Positions 40,201-53,600 of a stretch of 64,000 nucleotides of DNA are shown in pieces. Source of the stretch: the human T2T-CHM13v2.0 reference genome, Homo sapiens; NCBI RefSeq assembly GCF_009914755.1, contig NC_060943.1. The stretch is one strand, 5' to 3'. The notes below the pieces were generated by a model. It was not told the origin of the DNA. It saw only the letters and a list, made by a program, of their open reading frames with translations, and did no database searches. The position numbers and the translations under genes were made by a program. The number at the start of each line of letters is the position of its first letter. Within the stretch, counting starts at the first letter, position 1.

Positions 40201-43200
40201 TTACACAGAGCAGACTTGAAACACTCTATTTGTGGAATTTGCAAGTGGAGATTTCAGCCGCTTTGAGTTCAATGGTAGAATAGGAAATATCTTCCTATAG
40301 AAACTAGACAGAATGATTCTCAGAAACTCCTTTGTGATATGTGCGTTCAACTCACAGAGTTAAACCTTTCTTTTCATAGAGCAGTTGGGAAACACTCTGT
40401 TTGTAAAGTCTGCAAGTGGATATTCAGACTTCTTTGAGGCCTTCGTTGGAAGCGGGATTTCTTCATATTCTGCTAGACAGAAGAATTCTCAGTAACTTCC
40501 TTGTGTTGTGTGTATTCAACTCACAGAGTTGAACGATCCTTTACACAGAGCAGACTTGAAACACTCTTTTTGTGGAATTTGCAAGTGGAGATTTCAGCCG
40601 CTTTGAGGTCAATGGTAGAATACGAAATATCTTCCTATAGAAACTAGACAGAATGATTCTCAGAAACTCCTTTGTGATGTGTGCGTTCAACTCACAGAGT
40701 TTAACCTTTCTTTTCATAGAGCAGTTAGGAAACACTCTGTTTGTAAAGTCTGCAAGTGGATATTCAGACATCTTTGAGGCTTTCGTTGGAAACGGGATTT
40801 CTTCATATTCTGCTAGACAGAAGAATTCTCAGAAACTTCGTTGTGTTGTGTGTTTTCAACTCACAGAGTTGAATGATCCTTTACACAGAGTAGACTTGAA
40901 ACACTCTTTTTGTGGAATTTGCAAGTGGAGATTTCAGCCGCTTTGAGGTCAATGGTAGAAAAGGAAATATCTTCGTATAAAAACTAGACAGAATGATTCT
41001 GAGAAACTCCTTTGTGATGTGTGCGTTCAACTCACAGAGTTTAACCTTTCTTTTCATAGAGCAGTTAGGAAACACTCTGTTTGTAAAGTCTGCAAGTGGA
41101 TACTCAGACCTCCTTGAGGCCTTCGTTGGAAACGGGATTTCTTCATATTATGCTAGACAGAAGAATTCTCAGTAACTTCCTTGTGTTGTGTGTATTCAAC
41201 TCACAGAGTTGAACGATCCTTTACACAGAGCAGACTTGAAACACTCTTTTTGTGAAATTTGCAACTGGAGATTTCAGCAGCTTTGTGGTCAATGGTAGAA
41301 TAGGAAATATCTTCCTATAGAAACTAGACAGAATGATTCTGAGAAACTCCTTTGTGATGTGTGCGTTCAACTCACAGAGTTTAACCTTTCTTTTCATAGA
41401 GCAGTTAGGAAACACTCTGTTTGTAAAGTCTGCAAGTGGATATTCAGACCTCCTTGAGGCCTTCGTTGGAAACGGGATTTCTTCATATTATGCTAGACAG
41501 AAGAACTCTCAGTAACTTCCTTGTGTTGTGTGTATTCAACTCACAGAGTTGAACGATCCTTTACACAGAGCAGACTTGAAACACTCTTTTTGTGGAATTT
41601 GCAAGTGGAGATTTCAGCCGCTTTGAGTTCAATGGTAGAATAGGAAATATCTTCCTATAGAAACTAGACAGAATGATTCTCAGAAACTCCTTTGTGATAT
41701 GTGCGTTCAACTCACAGAGTTCAACCTTTCTTTTCATAGAGCAGTTGGGAAACACTCTGTTTGTAAAGTCTGCAAGTGGATATTCAGACTTCTTTGAGGC
41801 CTTCGTTGGAAGCGGGATTTCTTCATATTCTGCTAGACAGAAGAATTCTCAGTAACTTCCTTGTGTTGTGTGTATTCAACTCACAGAGTTGAACGATCCT
41901 TTACACAGAGCAGACTTGAAACACTCTTTTTGTGGAATTGGCAGGGTGGAGATTTCAGCCGCTTTGAGGTCAATGGTAGAAAAGGAAATATCTTCGAATA
42001 AAAACTAGACAGAGTGATTCTCAGAAACTCCTTTGTGATGTCTGCGTTCAACTCACAGAGTTTAACCTTTCTTTTCATAGAGCAGTTAGGAAACACTCTG
42101 TTTGTAAAGTCTGCAAGTGGATATTCAGACCTCCTTGAGGCCTTCGTTGGAAACGGGATTTCTTCATATTCTGCTATACAGAAGAATTCTCAGAAACTTC
42201 CTTGTGTTGTGTGTATTCAACTCAGAGAGTTGAACGATCGTTTACACAGAGCAGACTTGAGACACTCTTTTTGTGGAATTTGTAAGTGGAGATTTCAGCC
42301 GCTTTGAGGTCAATGGTAGAAAAGGAAATATCTTCATATAAAAACTAGACAGAATGATTCTCAGAAACTCCTTTGTGATGTGTGCGTTCAACTCACAGAG
42401 TTTAACCTTTCTTTTCATAGAGCAGTTAGGAAACACTCTGTTTGTAAAGTCTGCAAGTGGATATTCAGACCTATTTGAGACCTTCGTTGGAAACGGGATT
42501 TCTTCATATTATGCTAGACAGAAGAATTCTCAGTAACTTCCTTGTGTTGTGTGTATTCAACTCACAGAGTTGAACGATCCTTTACACAGAGCAGACTTGA
42601 AACACTCTTTTTGTGGAATTTGCAAGTGGAGATTTCAGCCGCTTTGAGGTCAATGGTAGAATAGGAAATAACTTCCTATAGAAACTAGACAGAATGATTC
42701 TCAGAAACTCCTTTGTGATGTGTGCGTTCAACTCACAGAGTTTAACCTTACTTTTCATAGAGCAGTTAGGAAACACTCTGTTTGTAAAGTCTGCAAGTGG
42801 ATATTCAGACCTCTTTGAGGCCTTCGTTAGAAACGGGATTTCTTCATATTCTGCTAGAGAGAAGAATTCTCAGTAACTTCATTGTGTTGTGTGTATTCAA
42901 CTCACAGATTTCAACGATCCTTTACACAGAGCAGACTTGAAACACTCTTTTTGTGGAATTTGCAAGTGGAGATTTCAGCCGCTTTGAGGTCAATGGTAGA
43001 ATAGGAAATATCTTCCTATAGAAACTAGACAGAATGATTCTCAGAAACTCCTTTGTGATGTGTGCGTTCAACTCACAGAGTTTAACCTTTCTTTTCATAG
43101 AGCAGTTAGGAAACACTCTGTTTGTAAAGTCTGCAAGTGGATATTCAGACCTCCTTGAGGCCTTCGTTGGAAACGGGATTTCTACATATTATGCTAGACA

Positions 43201-44659
43201 GAAGAATTCTCAGTAACTTCCTTGTGTTGTGTGTATTCAACTCACAGAGTTGAACGATCCTTTACACAGAGCAGACTTGAAACACTCTTTTTGTGGAATT
43301 TGCAAGTGGAGATTTCAGCCGCTTTGAGGTCAATGGTAGAATTGGAAATATCTTCCTATAGAAACTAGACAGAATGATTCTGAGAAACTCCTTTGTGATG
43401 TGTGCATTCAACTCACAGAGTTTAACCTTTCTTTTCATAGAGCAGTTAGGAAACACTCTGTTTGTAAAGTCTGCAAGTGGATATTCAGACCTCCTTGAGG
43501 CCTTCGTTGGAAACGGGATTTCTTCCTATTATGCTAGACAGAAGAATTCTCAGTAACTTCCTTGTGTTGTGTGTATTCAACTCACAGAGTTGAATGATCC
43601 TTTACACAGAGCAGACTTGAAACACTCTTTTTGTGGAATTTGCAAGTGGAGATTTCAGCCGCTTTGAGGTCAATGGTAGAATAGGAAATATCTTCCTATA
43701 GAAACTAGACAGAATGATTCTCAGAAACTCCTTTGTGATGTGTGCGTTCAACTCACAGAGTTTAACCTTTCTTTTCATAGAGCAGTTAGGAAACACTCTG
43801 TTTGTAAAGTCTGCATGTGGATATTCAGACCTCCTTGAGGCCTTCGTTGGAAACGGGATTTCTTCCTATTATGCTAGACAGAAGAATTCTCAGTAACTTC
43901 CTTGTGTTGTGTGTATTCAACTCACAGAGTTGAACGATCCTTTACACAGAGCAGACTTGAAACACTCTTTTTGTGGAATTTGCAAGTGGAGATTTCAGCC
44001 GCTTTGAGTTCAATGGTAGAATAGGAAATATCTTCCTATAGAAACTAGACAGAATGATTCTCAGAAACTCCTTTGTGATGTGTGCGTTCAACTCACAGAG
44101 TTCAACCTTTCTTTTCATAGAGCAGTTGGGAAACACTCTGTTTGTAAAGTCTGCAAGTGGATATTCAGACTTCTTTGAGGCCTTCGTTGGAAGCGGGATT
44201 TCTTCATATTCTGCTAGACAGAAGAATTCTCAGTAACTTCCTTGTGTTGTGTGTATTCAACTCACAGAGTTGAACGATCCTTTACACAGAGCAGACTTGA
44301 AACACTCTTTTTGTGGAATTTGCAAGTGGAGATTTCAGCCGCTTTGAGGTCAATGGTAGAATAGGAAATATCTTCCTATAGAAACTAGACAGAATGATTC
44401 TCAGAAACTCCTTTGTGATGTGTGCGTTCAACTCACAGAGTTTAACCTTTCTTTTCTCAGAGCAGTTAGGAAACACTCTGTTTGTAAAGTCTGCAAGTGG
44501 ATATTCAGACATCCTTGAGGCTTTCGTTGGAAACGGGATTTCTTCATATTCTGCTAGAAAGAAGAATTCTCAGTAACTTCCTTGTGTTCTGTGTATTCAA
44601 CTCACAGAGTTGAATGATCCTTTACACAGAACAGTCTTGAAACACTCTTTTTGTGGAAT

Positions 44660-47600
44660 TTGCAAGTGGAGATTTCAGCCGCTTTGAGGTCAATGGTAGA
44701 ATAGGAAATATCTTCCTATAGAAACTAGACAGAATGATTCTCAGAAACTCCTTTGTGATGTGTGCGTTCAACTCACAGAGTTTAACCTTTCTTTTCATAG
44801 AGCAGTTAGGAAACACTCTGTTTGTAAAGTCTGCAAGTGGATATTCAGACATCTTTGAGGCTTTCGTTGGAAACGGGATTTCTTCATATTCTGCTAGACA
44901 GAAGAATTCTCAGAAACTTCGTTGTGTTGTGTGTTTTCAACTCACAGAGTTCAACGATCTTTTACACAGAGTAGACTTGAAACACTCTATTTGTGGAATT
45001 GGCAGGGTGGAGATTTCAGCCGCTTTGAGGTCAATGGTAGAAAAGGAAATATCTTCGTATAAAAACTAGACAGAGTGATTCTCAGAAACTCCTTTGTGAT
45101 GTCTGCGTTCAACTCACAGAGTTTAACCTTTCTTTTCATAGAGCAGTTAGGAAACACTCTGTTTGTAAAGTCTGCAGGTGGATATTCAGACCTCCTTGAG
45201 GCCTTCGTTGGAAACGGGATTTCTTCATATTCTGCTATACAGAAGAATTCTCAGAAACTTCCTTGTGTTGTGTGTATTCAACTCACAGAGTTGAACGATC
45301 GTTTACACAGAGCAGACTTGAGACACTCTTTTTGTGGAATTTGTAAGTGGAGATTTCAGCCGCTTTGAGGTCAATGGTAGAAAAGGAAATATCTTCATAT
45401 AAAAACTAGACAGAATGATTCTCAGAAACTCCTTTGTGATGTGTGCGTTCAACTCACAGAGTTTAACCTTTCTTTTCATAGAGCAGTTAGGAAACACTCT
45501 GTTTGTAAAGTCTGCAAGTGGATATTCAGACCTCTTTGAGGCCTTCGTTGGAAACGGGATTTCTTCATATTATGCTAGACAGAAGAATTCTCAGTAACTT
45601 CCTTGTGTTGTGAGTATTCAACTCACAGAGTTGAACGATCCTTTACACAGAGCAGACTTGAAACACTCTTTTTGTGGAATTTGCAAGTGGAGATTTCAGC
45701 CGCTTTGAGGTCAATGGTAGAAAAGGAAATATCTTCGTATAAAAACTAGACAGAATGATTCTCAGAAACTCCTTTGTGATGTGTGCATTCAACTCACAGA
45801 GTTTAACCTTTCTTTTCATAGAGCAGTTAGGAAACACTCTGTTTGTAAAGTCTGCAAGTGGATATTCAGACCTCCTTGAGGCCTTCGTTGGAAACGGGAT
45901 TTCTTCATATTATGCTAGACAGAAGAATTCTCAGTAACTTCCTTGTGTTGTGTGTATTCAACTCACAGAGTTGAACGATCCTTTACACAGAGCAGACTTG
46001 AAACACTCTTTTTCTGGAATTTGCAAGTGGAGATTTCAGCCGCTTTGAGGTCAATGGTAGAATAGGAAATATCTTCCTATAGAAACTAGACAGAATGATT
46101 CTCAGAAACTCCTTTGTGATGTGTGCGTTCAACTCACAGAGTTCAACCTTTCTTTTCATAGAGCAGTTGGGAAACACTCTGTTTGTAAAGTCTGCAAGTG
46201 GATATTCAGACTTCATTGAGGCCTTCGTTGGAAGCGGGATTTCTTCATATTCTGCTAGACAGAAGAATTCTCAGTAACTTCCTTGTGTTGTGTGTATTCA
46301 ACTCACAGAGTTGAATGATCCTTTACACAGAACAGACTTGAAACACTCTTGTTGTGGAATTTTCAAGTGGAGATTTCAGCCGCTTTGAGGTCAACGGTAG
46401 AATAGGTAATATCTTCCTATAGAAACTAGACAGAATGATTCTCAGAAACTCCTCTGTGATGTGTGCGTTCAACTCACAGAGTTTAACCTTTCTTTTCATA
46501 GAGCAGTTAGGAAACACTCTGTTTGTAAAGTCTGCAAGTGGATATTCAGACCTCCTTGAGGTCTTCGTTGGAAACGGGATTTCTTCATATTATGCTAGAC
46601 AGAAGAATTCTCAGTAACTTCCTTGTGTTGTGTGTACTCAACTCACAGAGTTGAACGATCCTTTACACAGAGCAGACTTGAAACACTCTTTTTGTGGAAT
46701 TTGCAAGTGGAGATTTCAGCCGCTTTGAGGTCAATGGTAGAATAGGAAATATCTTCCTATAGAAACTAGACAGAATGATTCTCAGAAACTCCTTTGTGAT
46801 GTGTGCGTTCAACTCACAGAGTTTAACCTTTCTTTTCATAGAGCAGTTAGGAAACACTCTGTTTGTAAAGTCTGCAAGTGGATATTCAGACCTCCTTGAG
46901 GCCTTCGTTGGAAACGGGATTTCTTCATATTCTGCTAGAGAGAAGAATTCTCAGTAACTTCCTTGTGTTGTGTGTATTCCACTCACAGAGATCAACGATC
47001 CTTTACACAGAACAGACTTGAAACACTCTTTTTGTGGAATTTGCAAGTGGAGATTTCAGCCGCTTTGAGGTCAATAGTAGAATAGGAAATATCTTCCTAT
47101 AGAAACTAGACAGAATGATTCTCAGAAACTCCTTTGTGATGTGTGCGTTCAACTCACAGAGTTCAACCTTTCTTTTCATAGAGCAGTTAGGAAACACTCT
47201 GTTTGTAAAGTCTGCAAGTGGATATTCAGACCTCCTTGAGGCCTTCGTTGGAAACGTGATTTCTTCATATTATGCTAGACAGAAGAATTCTCAGTAACTT
47301 CCTTGTGTTGCGTGTATTCAACTCACAGAGTTGAACGATCCTTTACACAGAGCAGACTTGAAACACTCTTTTTGTGTAATTTGCAAGTGGAGATTTCAGC
47401 CGCTTTGAGGTCAATGGTAGAATAGGAAATATCTTCCTATAGCAACTAGACAGAATGATTCTCAGAAACTCCTTTGTGATGTGTGCATTCAACTCACAGA
47501 GTTTAACCTTTCTTTTCATAGAGCAGTTAGGAAACACTCTGTTTGTAAAGTCTGCAAGTGGATATTCAGACATCTTTGAGGCTTTCATTGGAAACGGGAT

Positions 47601-50600
47601 TTCTTCATATTCTGCTAGACAGAAGAATTCTCAGAAACTTCGTTGTGTTGTGTGTTTTCAACTCACAGAGTTCAACGATCTTTTACACAGAGTAGACTTG
47701 AAACACTCTATTTGTGGAATTGGCAGGGTGGAGATTTCAGCCGCTTTGAGGTCAATGGTAGAAAAGGAAATATCTTCGTATAAAAACTAGACAGAGTGAT
47801 TCTCAGAAACTCCTTTGTGATGTCTGCGTTCAACTCACAGAGTTTAACCTTTCTTTTCATAGAGCAGTTAGGAAACACTCTGTTTGTAAAGTCTGCAGGT
47901 GGATATTCAGACCTCCTTGAGGCCTTCGTTGGAAACGGGATTTCTTCATATTCTGCTATACAGAAGAATTCTCAGAAACTTCCTTGTGTTGTGTGTATTC
48001 AACTCACAGAGTTGAACGATCGTTTACACAGAGCAGACTTGAGACACTCTTTTTGTGGAATTTGTAAGTGGAGATTTCAGCCGCTTTGAGGTCAATGGTA
48101 GAAAAGGAAATATCTTCATATAAAAACTAGACAGAATGATTCTCAGAAACTCCTTTGTGATGTGTGCGTTCAACTCACAGAGTTTAACCTTTCTTTTCAT
48201 AGAGCAGTTAGGAAACACTCTGTTTGTAAAGTCTGCAAGTGGATATTCAGACCTCTTTGAGGCCTTCGTTGGAAACGGGATTTCTTCATATTATGCTAGA
48301 CAGAAGAATTCTCAGTAACTTCCTTGTGTTGTGAGTATTCAACTCACAGAGTTGAACGATCCTTTACACAGAGCAGACTTGAAACACTCTTTTTGTGGAA
48401 TTTGCAAGTGGAGATTTCAGCCGCTTTGAGGTCAATTCTAGAAAAGGAAATATCTTCGTATAAAAACTAGACAGAATGATTCTCAGAAACTCCTTTGTGA
48501 TGTGTGCATTCAACTCACAGAGTTTAACCTTTCTTTTCATAGAGTAGTTAGGAAACACTCTGTTTGTAAAGTCTGCAAGTGGATATTCAGACCTCCTTGA
48601 GGCCTTCGTTGGAAACGGGATTTCTTCATATTATGCTAGACAGAAGAATTCTCAGTAACTTCCTTGTGTTGTGTGTATTCAACTCACAGAGTTGAACGAT
48701 CCTTTACACAGAGCAGACTTGAAACACTCTTTTTCTGGAATTTGCAAGTGGAGATTTCAGCCGCTTTGAGGTCAATGGTAGAATAGGAAATATCTTCCTA
48801 TAGAAACTAGACAGAATGATTCTCAGAAACTCCTTTGTGATGTGTGCGTTCAACTCACAGAGTTCAACCTTTCTTTTCATAGAGCAGTTGGGAAACACTC
48901 TGTTTGTAAAGTCTGCAAGTGGATATTCAGACTTCATTGAGGCCTTCGTTGGAAGCGGGATTTCTTCATATTCTGCTAGACAGAAGAATTCTCAGTAACT
49001 TCCTTGTGTTGTGTGTATTCAACTCACAGAGTTGAATGATCCTTTACACAGAACAGACTTGAAACACTCTTGTTGTGGAATTTTCAAGTGGAGATTTCAG
49101 CCGCTTTGAGGTCAACGGTAGAATAGGTAATATCTTCCTATAGAAACTAGACAGAATGATTCTCAGAAACTCCTTTGTGATGTGTGCGTTCAACTCACAG
49201 AGTTTAACCTTTCTTTTCATAGAGCAGTTAGGAAACACTCTGTTTGTAAAGTCTGCAAGTGGATATTCAGACCTCCTTGAGGTCTTCGTTGGAAACGGGA
49301 TTTCTTCATATTATCCTAGACAGAAGAATTCTCAGTAACTTCCTTGTGTTGTGTGTACTCAACTCACAGAGTTGAACGATCCTTTACACAGAGCAGACTT
49401 GAAACACTCTTTTTGTGGAATTTGCAAGTGGAGATTTCAGCCGCTTTGAGGTCAATGGTAGAATAGGAAATATCTTCCTATAGAAACTAGACAGAATGAT
49501 TCTCAGAAACTCCTTTGTGATGTGTGCGTTCAACTCACAGAGTTTAACCTTTCTTTTCATAGAGCAGTTAGGAAACACTCTGTTTGTAAAGTCTGCAAGT
49601 GGATATTCAGACCTCCTTGAGGCCTTCGTTGGAAACGGGATTTCTTCATATTCTGCTAGAGAGAAGAATTCTCAGTAACTTCCTTGTGTTGTGTGTATTC
49701 AACTCACAGAGTTCAACGATCCTTTACACAGAGCAGACTTGAAACACTCTTTTTGTGGAATTTGCAAGTGGAGATTTCAGCCGCTTTGAGGTCAATAGTA
49801 GAATAGGAAATATCTTCCTATAGAAACTAGACAGAATGATTCTCAGAAACTCCTTTGTGATGTGTGCGTTCAACTCACAGAGTTCAACCTTTCTTTTCAT
49901 AGAGCAGTTAGGAAACACTCTGTTTGTAAAGTCTGCAAGTGGATATTCAGACCTCCTTGAGGCCTTCGTTGGAAACGTGATTTCTTCATATTATGCTAGA
50001 CAGAAGAATTCTCAGTAACTTCCTTGTGTTGCGTGTATTCAACTCACAGAGTTGAACGATCCTTTACACAGAGCAGACTTGAAACACTCTTTTTGTGGAA
50101 TTTGCAAGTGGAGATTTCAGCCGCTTTGAGGTCAATGGTAGAATAGGAAATATCTTCCTATAGAAACTAGACAGAATGATTCTCAGAAACTCCTTTGTGA
50201 TGTGTGCATTCAACTCACAGAGTTTAACCTTTCTTTTCATAGAGCAGTTAGGTAACACTCTGTTTGTAAAGTCTGCAAGTGGATATTCAGACCTCTTTGA
50301 GGCCTTCGTTGGAAACGGGATTTTTTCATATTATGCCAGACAGAAGAATTCTCAGTAACTTCCTTGTGTTGTGTGTATTCAACTCACAGAGTTGAACGAT
50401 CCTTTACACAGAGCAGACTTGAAACACTCTTTTTGTGGAATTTGCAAGTGGAGATTTCAGCCGCTTTGAGGTCAATGGTAGAAAAGGAAATATCTTCGTA
50501 TAAAAACTAGACAGAATGATTCTCAGAAACTCCTTTGGGATGTGTGCGTTCAACTCACAGAGTTTAACCTTTCTTTTCATAGAGCAGTTAGGAAACACTC

Positions 50601-53600
50601 TGTTTGTAAAGTCTGCAAGTGGATATTCAGACCTCCTTGAGGCCTTCGTTGGAAACGGGATTTCTTCATATTATGCTAGACAGAAGAATTCTCAGTAACT
50701 TCCTTGTGTTGTGTGTATTCAACTCACAGAGTTGAACGATCCTTTACACAGAGCATAGTTGAAACACTCTTGTTGTGGAATTTGCAAGTGGAGATTTCAG
50801 CCGCTTTGAGGTCAATGGTAGAATAGGAAATATCTTCCTATAGAAACTAGACAGAATGATTCTCAGAAACTCCTTTGTGATGTGTGCGTTCAACTCACAG
50901 AGTTTAACCTTTCTTTTCATAGAGCAGTTAGGAAACACTCTGTTTGTAAAGTCTGCAAGTGGATATTCAGACATCCTTGAGGCTTTCGTTGGAAAAGGGA
51001 TTTCTTCATATTCTGCTAGAAAGAAGAATTCTCAGAAACTTCCTTGAGTTGTGTGTATTCAACTCACAGAGTTGAACGATCGTTTACACAGAGCAGACTT
51101 GAGACACTCTTTTTGTGGAATTTGTAAGTGGAGATTTCAGCCGCTTTGAGGTCAATGGTAGAAAAGGAAATATCTTCATATAAAAACTAGACAGAATGAT
51201 TCTCAGAAACTCCTTTGTGATGTGTGCGTTCAACTCACAGAGTTTAACCTTTCTTTTCATAGAGCAGTTAGGAAACACTCTGTTTGTAAAGTCTGCAAGT
51301 GGATATTCAGACCTCCTTGAGGCCTTCGTTGGAAACGGGATTTCTTCATATTCTGCTAGAGAGAAGAATTCTCAGTAACTTCCTTGTGTTGTGTGTATTC
51401 AACTCACAGAGTTCAACGATCCTTTACACAGAGCAGACTTGAAACACTCTTTTTGTGGAATTTGCAAGTGGAGATTTCAGCCGCTTTGAGGTCAATAGTA
51501 GAATAGGAAATATATTCCTATAGAAACTAGACAGAATGATTCTCAGAAACTCCTTTGTGATGTGTGCGTTCAACTCACAGAGTTCAACCTTTCTTTTCAT
51601 AGAGCAGTTAGGAAACACTCTGTTTGTAAAGTCTGCAAGTGGATATTCAGACCTCCTTGAGGCCTTCGTTGGAAACGTGATTTCTTCATATTATGCTAGA
51701 CAGAAGAATTCTCAGTAACTTCCTTGTGTTGCGTGTATTCAACTCACAGAGTTGAACGATCCTTTACAAAGAGCAGACTTGAAACACTCTTTTTGGGGAA
51801 TTTGCAAGTGGAGATTTCAGCCGCTTTGAGGTCAATGGTAGAATAGGGAATATCTTCCTATAGAAACTAGACAGAATGATTCTCAGAAACTCCTTTGTGA
51901 TGTGTGCATTCAACTCACAGAGTTTAACCTTTCTTTTCATAGAGCAGTTAGGTAACACTCTTTTTGTAAAGTCTGCAAGTGGATATTCAGACCTCTTTGA
52001 GGCCTTCGTTGGAAACGGGATTTTTTCATATTATGCCAGAGAGAAGAATTCTCAGTAACTTCCTTGTGTTGTGTGTATTCAACTCACAGAGTTCAACGAT
52101 CCTTTACACAGAGCAGACTTGAAACACTCTTTTTGTGGAATTTGCAAGTGGAGATTTCAGCCGCTTTGAGGTCAATGGTAGAATAGGAAATATCTTCCTA
52201 TAGAAACTAGACAGAATGATTCTCAGAAACTCCTTTGTGATGTGTGCGTTCAACTCACAGAGTTTAACCTTTCTTTTCATAGAGCAGTTAGGAAACACTC
52301 TGTTTGTAAAGTATGCAAGTGGATATTCAGGCCTCTTTGAGGCCTTCGTTGGAAACGGGATTTCTTCATATTATGCTAGACAGAAGAATTCTCAGTAACT
52401 TCCTTGTGTTGTGTGTATTCAACTCACAGAGTTGAACGATCCTTTACACAGAGCAGACTTGAAACACTCTTTTTGTGGAATTTGCAAGTGGAGATTTCAG
52501 CCGCTTTGAGGTCAATGGTAGAAAAGGAAATATCTTCGTATAAAAACTAGACAGAATGATTCTCAGAAACTCCTTTGTGATGTGTGCGTTCAACTCACAG
52601 AGTTTAACCTTTCTTTTCATAGAGCAGTTAGGAAACACTCTGTTTGTAAAGTCTGCAATTGGATATTCAGACCTCCTTGAGGCCTTCGTTGGAAACGGGG
52701 TTTGTTCATATTATGCTAGACAGAAGAATTCTCAGTAACTTCCTTGTGTTGTGTGTATTCAACTCACAGAGTTGAACGATACTTTACACAGAGCATAGTT
52801 GAAACACTCTTGTTGTGGAATTTGCAAGTGGAGATTTCAGCCGCTTTGAGGTCAATGGTAGAATAGGAAATATCTTCCTATAGAAACTAGACAGAATGAT
52901 TCTCAGAAACTCCTTTGTGATGTGTGCGTTCAACTCACAGAGTTTAACCTTTCTTTTCATAGAGCAGTTAGGAAACACTCTGTTTGTAAAGTCTGCAAGT
53001 GGATATTCAGACATCTTTGAGGCTTTCGTTGGAAACGGGATTTCTTCATATTCTGCTAGACAGAAGAATTCTCAGAAACTTCGTTGTGTTGTGTGTTTTC
53101 AACTCACAGAGTTCAACGATCTTTTACACAGAGTAGACTTGAAACACTCTATTTGTGGAATTGGCAGGGTGGAGATTTCAGCCGCTTTGAGGTCAATGGT
53201 AGAAAAGGAAATATCTTCGTATAAAAACTAGACAGAGTGATTCTCAGAAACTCCTTTGTGATGTCTGCGTTCAACTCACAGAGTTTAACCTTTCTTTTCA
53301 TAGAGCAGTTAGGAAACACTCTGTTTGTAAAGTCTGCAGGTGGATATTCAGACCTCCTTGAGGCCTTCGTTGGAAACGGGATTTCTTCATATTCTGCTAT
53401 ACAGAAGAATTCTCAGAAACTTCCTTGTGTTGTGTGTATTCAACTCACAGAGTTGAACGATCGTTTACACAGAGCAGACTTGAGACACTCTTTTTGTGGA
53501 ATTTGTAAGTGGAGATTTCAGCCGCTTTGAGGTCAATGGTAGAAAAGGAAATATCTTCATATAAAAACTAGACAGAATGATTCTCAGAAACTCCTTTGTG

